Shown here: positions 47,512 to 55,385 of the stretch, piece after piece
How positions within the stretch are numbered: the first letter of the stretch is position 1
Layout of the letters: each line of letters opens with the position of its first letter
Origin: a virus
Taxonomy: Duplodnaviria; Caudoviricetes
Length of the DNA: 64,000 bases
Direction: 5' to 3' (one strand)
IMG/VR virus record: IMGVR_UViG_3300012890_000001
Coordinates: 2,278-66,277 of that record
Program-made: the position numbers and the translations under genes
Notes under the pieces: model-generated
Databases searched by the model: none
What the model saw: only the letters and a program-made list of their open reading frames with translations
What the model was told of the DNA's origin: nothing

Positions 47512-48972
47512 ATGCCCTCAGCCACTACCCCAGCCGATATAGACACCCTGCTGCACGACCGGCACGCCGATCTTGACGAATGGCTTGCCAGTCACGAAGA
47601 CGGCCCGCTCAAGGTCATCCGGACCTTTCACGTGGCGCTGCTTAATGACGATCGGAAGACGCTCCAAGACCTGATGCCACAGTTGCCTGATCTGGCCCCG
47701 GCACCCGGCCTACGCCTTCTCGGCCTGGCGCAGCTTGAGGACTATGACGCGGTGCTCCAGCACCCCCCTGTGCCATCTGGGGCCTCCCTGCCGGAACTGG
47801 AGTGTGCGGTGCATGGCTTCACCGCCTACGGCATCGCCTGCACTGAGCGGGGCAGGTTCAGCGAGGCTGCCCTGGCCGCCCGGACGGCGATGGCTTTCGC
47901 CACGGCGCTCGGCATGACGCAGCGCGCTCAGATGCTTGAACTGGAGGCTGAGCGCGTCCAGACGCTCAGCGGGGAGCCATCACCCGACGCCATTCAGCGC
48001 CATCTGATGCGGCCCATGCCCGATCTGCGGCGCAAGTGGGGGCAACGTAACCTCGCGGAGAGTTACATGGCGCTCGGTTGCTACGGGCTGGCCCTGCGCT
48101 CGATCGGTCTGCCCAGTCAGGACGGCCCGGACGATGCGGCGCTGCGTGAGTACCTGCACGTCGTTCTGCGCCTGCCTGCTTCACGTCCCGCCACTGACCC
48201 GCTGCTGGCCGGGAATGCCCCGTACTGGCGTCTGGCTCAGGCGTCCCGTGGCCTGTTCGACAAGTTCAAGGCCCCGCCACTTGACGGCATTACCTGCGAG
48301 CCGGAGTCCACCTACGCCCTGATGCTGAAAGCCACGGTGCTGCTCATGGCGCCAAAGATGATTCAGCACGGCGTCACGCTGCTGGAGTCGGCCCGGACGC
48401 TCCAGGCCGATCACCGCCTGTATTCGCTGTTGCTGCTGCTGACCGCCCACCTGCGCGGCGCCCGGGTGTCAAACGCAGCGGGCCTGCCGTTCCGTATCAC
48501 CGAAGCGATCAATCGCCTGCGTCCGGACAATGACCTCGTGGCGCACCTGTTCCTGCTGTTCCCGATCGCCATGCTGGCCCTGCGCTTCGGCCCCCGCGCT
48601 CACCCGCTGGTCGTGCAGGCCGACCTGTCGAACATCCCACTGCTGACCGGGAAGGCGATTCAGTACGGAGCTGGCGAGGCGCCCACCCCCGGCAAGACTG
48701 GCACCCGTGCCGTGCTCAATGCGCTCGGCTTGCCGCAGGTGCCGGAGACCCGCGAGGAGACCCGCCGCTTTAAGGCCGCTCAGGAGGAGCTGCCGTACCT
48801 CGCTGTGAATCTGGGCGATGTGGTCGCCGCCTGTACGGCGATGGTGCAGGCGGCCCGCGCCGCTGGGAAGCCGACACTGTCTCTGGAGTGGCAGGCGAGC
48901 CGCAAGGAAGTCATGAAGATGCTCTCAGAAGATGTTCTGAGCTTGCTGCCGGATGACTCAAAAGCTGATTGA
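47512..48972 (+). CDS. TPR-like helical protein, putative peptide receptor/regulator
   Basis: TPR-like segments AYGIACTERGRFSEAALAARTAMAFA and NLAESYMALGCYGLAL; Leu/Ala-rich; GGAG RBS before ATG 47512. Confidence 0.65.
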   Translation: MPSATTPADIDTLLHDRHADLDEWLASHEDGPLKVIRTFHVALLNDDRKTLQDLMPQLPDLAPAPGLRLLGLAQLEDYDAVLQHPPVPSGASLPELECAVHGFTAYGIACTERGRFSEAALAARTAMAFATALGMTQRAQMLELEAERVQTLSGEPSPDAIQRHLMRPMPDLRRKWGQRNLAESYMALGCYGLALRSIGLPSQDGPDDAALREYLHVVLRLPASRPATDPLLAGNAPYWRLAQASRGLFDKFKAPPLDGITCEPESTYALMLKATVLLMAPKMIQHGVTLLESARTLQADHRLYSLLLLLTAHLRGARVSNAAGLPFRITEAINRLRPDNDLVAHLFLLFPIAMLALRFGPRAHPLVVQADLSNIPLLTGKAIQYGAGEAPTPGKTGTRAVLNALGLPQVPETREETRRFKAAQEELPYLAVNLGDVVAACTAMVQAARAAGKPTLSLEWQASRKEVMKMLSEDVLSLLPDDSKAD

Positions 48973-49012
48973 ACCCTGACGCGAGAATCTATCTTCCGTC
49001 ATACTCTAAAGT

Positions 49013-49144
49013 GTGAAACTGAAAATTGCGCTTGCGGTCCTCATCCTTGCACTTAGCAGCAACGTCCGTGCCGACCCCGTCCCGACCGACTCGGCCCCCC
49101 GTGCCACGGCAGAGTGGCCGATGCAGCCCTGCCCCCGTTGCTGA
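49013..49144 (+). CDS. 43-aa secreted pro-peptide (not in ORF track)
   Basis: MKLKIALAVLILALSSNVRA-DPVPTDSAPRATAEWPMQPCPRC; basic n-region, hydrophobic h-region, V-R-A cleavage site; TACTCT -10 five nt before GTG. Confidence 0.75.
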   Translation: MKLKIALAVLILALSSNVRADPVPTDSAPRATAEWPMQPCPRC

Positions 49145-49210
49145 CCCCCGAAAGTATGAACGGGTGAGAGCCGCTTTTAGCTGGTATGGGACATCTGCCC
49201 CGTGTCTTAA

Positions 49211-49254
49211 TGTTACGCATCTGTTACGCCACAGGCGAAATGCGCGGGTATCAT
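49211..49254 (+). promoter_or_regulatory. Regulated promoter: direct repeat, 17-bp RDRM-like palindrome and -10
   Basis: TGTTACGC at 49211 and 49222; TTACGC-CACAG-GCGAAA at 49224-49240; TATCAT at 49249-49254. Confidence 0.5.
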
Positions 49255-49262
49255 GAAGGCAC

Positions 49263-49463
49263 ATGACATTTCCCCTCGGCACTGCGCTCACCACCGCTGA
49301 AGCTGACGCTCTGGCGACACATCTCGCTTACGTCCGCACACCGACCGTCACGGGAAAAGCAGTGCTGGCCTCGTTTCGCACGCAGGCCGATCGTGCACAG
49401 GCGGAGATACTGCTGGCTAGCCTGCGATCTGCACGGACACCAGCCGACCCAGCCGGCGCTTGA
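49263..49463 (+). CDS. 66-aa protein convergent on repressor, candidate antirepressor/effector
   Basis: ATG 8 nt after TATCAT; 47-bp tail-to-tail overlap with repressor. Confidence 0.5.
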   Translation: MTFPLGTALTTAEADALATHLAYVRTPTVTGKAVLASFRTQADRAQAEILLASLRSARTPADPAGA

Positions 49464-49980
49464 CCTGGCTGGGCACCTCGCCGGGTAGAACCGCGTGCAG
49501 CCGACCATCGGGGAGCTGCACGACCTGAATGCCTGAGTCAAAGTTCTCAGGTTCCAGTTCGATGCCGTCGCCTTCGTCCAGCACGCGGGCGCCGAACATC
49601 GGCTGTTTCAGCGTCTCATGGATGGTCCGGTACACCTCGACGCCGTGGCCCACGGGTGGTGTGCGGTCACTGCGGAATGTCCAGCGGTTCGTTTCGGGAA
49701 TGGCGAGGCGTTCCCAGACCTCTGTGTCAGGGATGCCGAGGCCGCGCAGCAGGGCGTTGGCAATGTTCGCCGGGGCCTCGGCTACATCCTGCGTGCCGTT
49801 AAAGTAGCGGCCCAGGGTGCTAGTCGGAATGCTGGTGGCCTCGGAGAAGTCCTTGACGCCCATGCCCAGCTCCGCAATGAGATAGCGAAAGACGACCCCC
49901 CGGTCTTTAGCACTCTCAATCCGCTTTGGAAGGGGCGTCTTGAGTTTCAGGGTTGAGGTCTTGCGCGTCTTCAAAGTCAT
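49417..49980 (-). CDS. CI-like immunity repressor
   Basis: XRE HTH GMGVKDFSEATSIPTSTLGRYFNG; S24-like C-terminal beta domain; divergent from cro-like gene. Confidence 0.8.
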   Translation of the reverse strand: MTLKTRKTSTLKLKTPLPKRIESAKDRGVVFRYLIAELGMGVKDFSEATSIPTSTLGRYFNGTQDVAEAPANIANALLRGLGIPDTEVWERLAIPETNRWTFRSDRTPPVGHGVEVYRTIHETLKQPMFGARVLDEGDGIELEPENFDSGIQVVQLPDGRLHAVLPGEVPSQVKRRLGRLVSVQIAG

Positions 49981-50057
49981 AATGGTGCCACTATTGTCCG
50001 GTTCCGTTTGCTAATAGTCAAATAAAAACCGCACACGGTAGCAACAAATGGCAAAAC

Positions 50058-50134
50058 CTACCAGCGTGGTAGATCAGCGAATGATCTACCACGCTGGTGC
50101 TTCTATTGCATACCTCCTACCTGACTGGTAGAAT
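50058..50134. promoter_or_regulatory. Right operator region with three CTACCA-N3-TGGTAG sites and cro promoter
   Basis: Sites at 50058-50072, 50086-50100, 50117-50131; TTGCAT-17-TAGAAT, ATG 6 nt later. Confidence 0.85.
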
Positions 50135-50140
50135 ATTGGC

Positions 50141-50374
50141 ATGTACAGACCAGCCGGTATGCGACTGAAGGCGCTGCGAGAGCAGCAGCATCTCAGCATC
50201 TCGGCACTTGCCCGTAAGGCGAAAGTCACGAAGCGAACCATCATTGCCTGGGAGGGCTACAGGGGCCGCCCGGACTTCTACTTCAACACCCTGGCACGCC
50301 TCGCAGTGGCCCTTCAGGTGCCGTACACCGATCTGATCGAGGAAGTTGCAGAGTCGGTTGAGGGGGAGGGATGA
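50141..50374 (+). CDS. Cro-like XRE regulator (leaderless)
   Basis: LKALREQQHLSISALARKAKVTKRTIIAWE...TLARLAVAL.V. Confidence 0.88.
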   Translation: MYRPAGMRLKALREQQHLSISALARKAKVTKRTIIAWEGYRGRPDFYFNTLARLAVALQVPYTDLIEEVAESVEGEG

Positions 50375-50437
50375 GGCTACTTCTGCTGCGTTGGCTCCTC
50401 AAATCACCCGAAGTGCGCGCCGAGCTGGCCGCCGCCG

Positions 50438-50695
50438 TCACGCCTTTAAAGCTGGAATCTCTGGCAAGTCATCGGGCAGATACAGCAACTGCTGTCGTAT
50501 CTGCCCTGCCACCACTTGTTGCGCGTCAGCACTGAACTCAAAGCCACCCGACAACAGCACTGATTTGTACGCGTCCACCCCGTAAGCAACCGCCGATTCA
50601 ACATCTTTATCCCGCTGGAATTTCATCCACGCCCAGTTAATCGCCGTGAGGATCGCAAGGCTGTTGAGCATCCGATGAAGATTTGCGGTTTCCAT
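50438..50695 (-). CDS. Small counter-oriented protein inside early operon
   Basis: TACGTT 5 nt before ATG 50695 on minus strand. Confidence 0.45.
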   Translation of the reverse strand: METANLHRMLNSLAILTAINWAWMKFQRDKDVESAVAYGVDAYKSVLLSGGFEFSADAQQVVAGQIRQQLLYLPDDLPEIPALKA

Positions 50696-50733
50696 ACCAG
50701 AACGTACCAGAAACCCCGAATGGAGGAACACGC

Positions 50734-51141
50734 ATGAGTGGAGCACTGGAAGGGTTTGAACTCTACACAAAGCCTTCAGCCGCCAAGCCGGTGAAGGATC
50801 TTGCAGCGCAGTTTTACGTGAAGACTGTTGCAGTTGCTGACGGCTATTTCGGCTTGAACATCTCCACTGCTGTCATGGGCATCTTCGACGCCGACCAAGT
50901 CGCCATCCTTTTCAACACCAAGACCCAGCAACTTGCCCTCCGCCCAGTTTCAGAAGGCGGCGCCCACCTTGCGCCGCTTGGCGTGAACAGCAAGATCAAG
51001 CGCATTTCGATTACCGTCCTCGCGCGCCAGCTGGGCTTGCAGCCCGGTATCCGCATGCCGGCCCGCGTGGTGGATGGCGTGCTGTTCATCGACTACAGCG
51101 GTGCCGTTGCACCGGCTGCCCTTTCTGCTGTCGCTGGCTAA
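50734..51141 (+). CDS. Hypothetical protein
   Basis: GGAGG RBS. Confidence 0.65.
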   Translation: MSGALEGFELYTKPSAAKPVKDLAAQFYVKTVAVADGYFGLNISTAVMGIFDADQVAILFNTKTQQLALRPVSEGGAHLAPLGVNSKIKRISITVLARQLGLQPGIRMPARVVDGVLFIDYSGAVAPAALSAVAG

Positions 51142-51186
51142 CCCTGCTCGCCTCTTTCGGAGGCCCGAAAGTACCCGGAGGCCCGC

Positions 51187-51513
51187 ATGAGCAAGATCAC
51201 CTTTGTAGTCGCTGGAAAGTTTGGTGCGCCCACCGTGGACGTTGCGCTGGAAGTCTCCGATTACTACTTCGGTGACGGCGCCGAGACCGCTGAGGGCCTG
51301 GAGACCATGCACAACATCGCCCGTGAGGTTGAGCGGGTCATCGGTAATCGACTGAGTGCCATGCACCACGCTCACCTGCACGCCGTGAAGGTCAAACAGG
51401 ACCAAGCCGAGGCCGAGCAGATCAAGCAGATGCGGATTACTGCGCTGGAAGATGAGCTGGCCGATCTGAAGGGTGAAGGTCCAGCATCCTCCCCTACGGC
51501 GGTCTTCCGATGA
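51187..51513 (+). CDS. Hypothetical protein
   Basis: GGAGG RBS; C-terminal coiled coil. Confidence 0.65.
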   Translation: MSKITFVVAGKFGAPTVDVALEVSDYYFGDGAETAEGLETMHNIAREVERVIGNRLSAMHHAHLHAVKVKQDQAEAEQIKQMRITALEDELADLKGEGPASSPTAVFR

Positions 51514-51743
51514 ATCCCATCCAGCTTGAGCACGGCCTGATGCACCTGCGACTGCGGAACACGGCAGCCCGCCCGGTGCTCGTCTGCTACACGTACCCGA
51601 AGACCAAGCACCTGCGCATGCCGTTCAACATCTGCATGAAGCAGCTCCCGGCGGGTGGCGTGCTCGATCTGGCGCGGGTGTCGGGGACGACCATTGAGTA
51701 CAGCGATCTGCGGGCCTTCCAGCCGGTGGGGGAAGTCCAGTGA
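51510..51743 (+). CDS. Hypothetical protein
   Basis: ATGA-coupled. Confidence 0.55.
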   Translation: MNPIQLEHGLMHLRLRNTAARPVLVCYTYPKTKHLRMPFNICMKQLPAGGVLDLARVSGTTIEYSDLRAFQPVGEVQ

Positions 51744-51958
51744 CCTGCCAGCACCCCATCGAGAGCAGCATCCTCAGCGGTTACGAGACCCATTGGGTGA
51801 TGATCGGCGTCCACGCCCACCAGCGGTTCCTGAAGGACGCCGAGGGTCGCCCACTGCCGATTCGGTACTGCGGCCTGTGCAGTTGCAACGTCAAGCGGGA
51901 CGGCCAGACCATGCGGGCGCACGTGCAGATGAACGCGCCGGAAGGAGAGCGGGTATGA
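51740..51958 (+). CDS. Small Cys/His protein
   Basis: C.H...CGLC; coupled. Confidence 0.55.
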   Translation: MTCQHPIESSILSGYETHWVMIGVHAHQRFLKDAEGRPLPIRYCGLCSCNVKRDGQTMRAHVQMNAPEGERV

Positions 51959-52917
51959 GCCACGAATACAAGGTTGGGGACAAGGTGCGGGTGCTGGCGA
52001 GCACGTCTTACAGGAGACCCCACAGGTTTACCGAAGAGATGATTGGGACAATCTGTGAGATTAAACAGGAGGTAGACCGGGACGGGGAAATCCAAGTCTG
52101 GAACGCTGATAAGACCGATTGGTGGTACTTCTACCCTGTCGATGTTGAACCCTTCACAGCTCCCGCCCCCGTGCCTGCGCCTCTGCCTGAGTTTAAGAAG
52201 GGCGACCGCGTGCGGGTGGGCATGGCCTCCGACGGCTCTCCGCTGTTCTCTGGGCAGCACGGCAACATCATTCTGGAGTTGGAGACTTGCCCAGTTCAGT
52301 ACCGCGTCGAGTTGTCGCGCGGGGTGTCCATGACCTTCACAGCTTCTGAGCTGAGCCTCATTCCCACCCCGTTCAAGATGGGCGACCGCGTGCAGATCCG
52401 GGCGGGTGCCGTCAGTGTTGGCCTCTGCTTTGAGATCGGCAGCGTCGGGACTGTGTGCGGCTTCGACCGTCACGGGTGGCCTGAGGTTGAGCAGGGGGAT
52501 GAGCGTTGGTACTACCACCCTGACGCTCTCCGCCCTGCTCCGGCCCTCGCCCCCGGCGTGCGCGTCAAGGTGCTTGATATCAAGCCGGAAGAGGACGGCC
52601 ATCCGGTCATAGCTGGCGTTTGGACGAGCGTGGCGGGCGAAGTTTGTTACACCCTGGAAGATGATAAAAACACGCTCTGGCACGCGCATGAGCTGGAGGT
52701 GCTGCCGGAGCCTGAGCCCAAGCGGGAGCCGGTGATGGGTGAAGTGTGGAGAAGCGACGGAGGCCGGGGCGTCATGCTCATTGCAGCCAATGGTTACCCT
52801 GTCCACCTGAACAACGGGGCTGTGGTTTCATTCACGGCTGATGAGCTTGCAAGGGACGGGTATATCCATTTCCTCGCCGCCTCTGTCAAAGAGGCTGCTG
52901 AGAAGGGCCTCCTGTGA
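51955..52917 (+). CDS. Protein with tandem SH3/KOW-like repeats
   Basis: YKVGDKVRV, FKKGDRVRV, FKMGDRVQI, LAPGVRVKV separated by Pro-rich linkers. Confidence 0.7.
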   Translation: MSHEYKVGDKVRVLASTSYRRPHRFTEEMIGTICEIKQEVDRDGEIQVWNADKTDWWYFYPVDVEPFTAPAPVPAPLPEFKKGDRVRVGMASDGSPLFSGQHGNIILELETCPVQYRVELSRGVSMTFTASELSLIPTPFKMGDRVQIRAGAVSVGLCFEIGSVGTVCGFDRHGWPEVEQGDERWYYHPDALRPAPALAPGVRVKVLDIKPEEDGHPVIAGVWTSVAGEVCYTLEDDKNTLWHAHELEVLPEPEPKREPVMGEVWRSDGGRGVMLIAANGYPVHLNNGAVVSFTADELARDGYIHFLAASVKEAAEKGLL

Positions 52918-53077
52918 CCCTTCCCGCCGAACTTGACGAGCCCCTGGAGGCCCTCGACGCCCTGGCCGATGTGATGGAGGCCAGCACGGCGCAGCACGCG
53001 GAGAAGCGTGAGCTGATCGAGGCGCAGCTGCTCCGGCGTCAGGCCCAGGCCGGGATGCTGGCCGAGACGTTGGGAGA

Positions 53078-53272
53078 GTGCCAGTGACCCTGTTGCAGCG
53101 TCAGTTGTTCTCTTTGGCCGTTCTCTCCCCCGGCATCACGGTAGAGCGGGCTGCGAAGCTGTTAGATATTCGCACGCACACGGCGGCTTCTGTCCTGTGG
53201 TCTATTCGGCATCTGGTCTGGGTCGATGAGCTGATGAGGGCGATCTACCCGCGCTCTTGGGTAACGGCATGA
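53078..53272 (+). CDS. Small HTH-like protein
   Basis: PGITVERAAKLLDI..HTA..VL. Confidence 0.5.
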   Translation: MPVTLLQRQLFSLAVLSPGITVERAAKLLDIRTHTAASVLWSIRHLVWVDELMRAIYPRSWVTA

Positions 53273-53463
53273 CCGCCCCCCGCCGCTTCCTGATCTGCCG
53301 GGGCTTCAACAACGAGCGCTGTGACGCCCGCACCGTGCAGGAGTTGACCCAGCGCCTGCAGCTGAGCATGACCGAGGAGCACGCGAAGCGACTGGCGCAT
53401 GAGGCCTGGGATACCGGCCGGGGCAGCCACGGCTTGATCGAAGTCGAGAGGCAGTGGGCATGA
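53269..53463 (+). CDS. Hypothetical protein
   Basis: ATGA-coupled. Confidence 0.55.
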   Translation: MTAPRRFLICRGFNNERCDARTVQELTQRLQLSMTEEHAKRLAHEAWDTGRGSHGLIEVERQWA

Positions 53464-54446
53464 GCTACGCCCACGTCCAGTACACCGAATCCCCGGAGGA
53501 GCGGAAGGCCCGTGTGGTGGCCGCGATTCAGGCGCTGAAGGCCAGCCATGAGCAGGCGCTCAGCCCGCACCTCACGGAGTTGTATGGGGTGTTCCTCGAC
53601 TGGCAGCGCACCGACCCCCGGAAGGCCACGACGAGGCAGGGGCTGGCCTTTGACGGCTACCTGAGCGCCTTTGCCGCCTACACGGGCCTTCGCGCCAGCA
53701 GCCTCTACGAGTGGCTGGATGCAGGGCAGGCCGGATACACCGCGCCCACCCTCGGCGCCTACCCCCTGACGCAGGCCAGCGCCACGGCGACCGCCACCGG
53801 GGAACGCGCACTGATCGGGCACGCGCTGCGGGAGAACTGGACGCCTGACCGGATTGAGAGCGTGCTCTACGCTGGGGGTCTGTCCGCGCTGCGTGAGGCT
53901 CTTTCCCCGTCCGAAAGTGGGAACCGGGAGCAGATCGACGCCGCCCGTGAGCGCGCCGCCACCCTGAACCCCGACCTGCCGAAGCAGAAGAAGGTGCAGG
54001 ACGAGCTGAACGCCGGGCTGGTGAACGTCCTGCCGGAGCCGATTCTCCGCGCCGCCTACGCCGCTGCCAGGGGTGAGCAGGCGGGCGTGGACGTGCTGGC
54101 AGCGGTGCAGGAAGAGAGCCGGCCGTTCAGTGAACCGTACTTCACGGCACATCACTATCCCTGCGCCCACTGTGGGCTCCTGCCGGGCGAGGGCGAACGA
54201 TTGGACCTGCACCACGTCGGTTATGACTGGGAAAACCCGAAACGTCGGAGTGAGGAGAACGAAGACGAAGAACTACTTTTGGGCGTTCATCGTGAATGCC
54301 ACGTACCCCAGCCAGGTGTGTCGGATACCGCTCACATCAAGCAGCACGTGTGGATTGAAGAGAAGTTCGGCGGCCTGACCGGGCTCATGGCTTACCGGGA
54401 GCGCCGCAGCCGTGCCTACCAGCGCTGGATAGGAGTACGGAAATGA
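53460..54446 (+). CDS. Protein with C-terminal HNH-like zinc domain (DUF968-like)
   Basis: PCAHCG....DLHHV...LGVHRECH...H. Confidence 0.6.
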   Translation: MSYAHVQYTESPEERKARVVAAIQALKASHEQALSPHLTELYGVFLDWQRTDPRKATTRQGLAFDGYLSAFAAYTGLRASSLYEWLDAGQAGYTAPTLGAYPLTQASATATATGERALIGHALRENWTPDRIESVLYAGGLSALREALSPSESGNREQIDAARERAATLNPDLPKQKKVQDELNAGLVNVLPEPILRAAYAAARGEQAGVDVLAAVQEESRPFSEPYFTAHHYPCAHCGLLPGEGERLDLHHVGYDWENPKRRSEENEDEELLLGVHRECHVPQPGVSDTAHIKQHVWIEEKFGGLTGLMAYRERRSRAYQRWIGVRK

Positions 54447-55240
54447 CGCAGCAAGCAGCATTTAAAACCTGCAAAGTTTGCGGCACTTTGAAACCGAACT
54501 CGCTTGAGGCGTTTGGGAACAATGGGTACAGCAAGAATGGGACGCTCACCTTTAGGGCAATTTGCAAGGCGTGCGCCAAAAAAGAGCGCGTCGTTTCCCC
54601 AATCAAGTGTTGTAAACAGTGCGGCGTAAATAAGCCCAAGACAGCAGAGTTCTTTCGGATTAATGGCAAGCCCACCACGAACGGGACGCCAACCTTTAGG
54701 CCTGTATGCCGTGAGTGTGGGCTTAAGGTGCATCGTCCGAAGCTTAAGAGCAATGAAAAATGGTGCAAGAAGTGCGACCGCATCATGCCTGCGACCACTG
54801 ATTATTTCTACAGGGTGAAGCGTGACCAAGAAGTGCTTAGCCACACCTGCCGTGCATGCAATCGATCAGCCGGGAAAATATGGCTCAAGGCCAACCCGGA
54901 ACGAAAGGCAGAGCAGGGGCGGTTATTTCGTTTGAGTCGGCCAGGGTACGCTGCGGCGCTGGCTCGGAGACGACGCGCACGAAAAATCGCTCAAACACCC
55001 GATGGGCATCATCACACAGCAGAAGATGTGCATAAGCGGCTGAAGGCCCAGAAAGAGCGTTGTCATTGGTGTGGGAAGTCACTTCGTAAGGGCAAGGAGC
55101 TGGTTTATCACGCCGACCACCTGATCGCGCTTGCAAAGGGTGGCAGCAACGCGCCAGAGAACATCGTTTGTGCTTGCCCTGACTGCAACCTGAGAAAGAA
55201 CGCAAAGATGCCTTGGGATTTCGCTGGGAGGCTCTTATGA
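54443..55240 (+). CDS. HNH endonuclease with three zinc-ribbon repeats
   Basis: Three C..C...KP...F...C..C units; CHWCG, HADHLIALAKGGSN..NIVCAC..CN.RK; lower GC. Confidence 0.9.
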   Translation: MTQQAAFKTCKVCGTLKPNSLEAFGNNGYSKNGTLTFRAICKACAKKERVVSPIKCCKQCGVNKPKTAEFFRINGKPTTNGTPTFRPVCRECGLKVHRPKLKSNEKWCKKCDRIMPATTDYFYRVKRDQEVLSHTCRACNRSAGKIWLKANPERKAEQGRLFRLSRPGYAAALARRRRARKIAQTPDGHHHTAEDVHKRLKAQKERCHWCGKSLRKGKELVYHADHLIALAKGGSNAPENIVCACPDCNLRKNAKMPWDFAGRLL

Positions 55241-55385
55241 GCCACATTCCTCAGCCTTTCGACCCCCGCCCGGTGGCCCACTCTCGCGCTTACGCCGTCG
55301 GGAATGACGCGGCCCAGCTGGTGCGTTTGCTGGAATACAACGCCACCTCTCTCAGCGCCTATCAGCAGGCGATTGGAGCCAAAGC

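Noticed and set aside
48989-49294. ORF-track calls 48989-49294 (-) and 49026-49256 (+)
   Set aside because: Both overlap the better-supported signal-peptide ORF 49013-49144 and the promoter at 49211-49254; low-complexity products.
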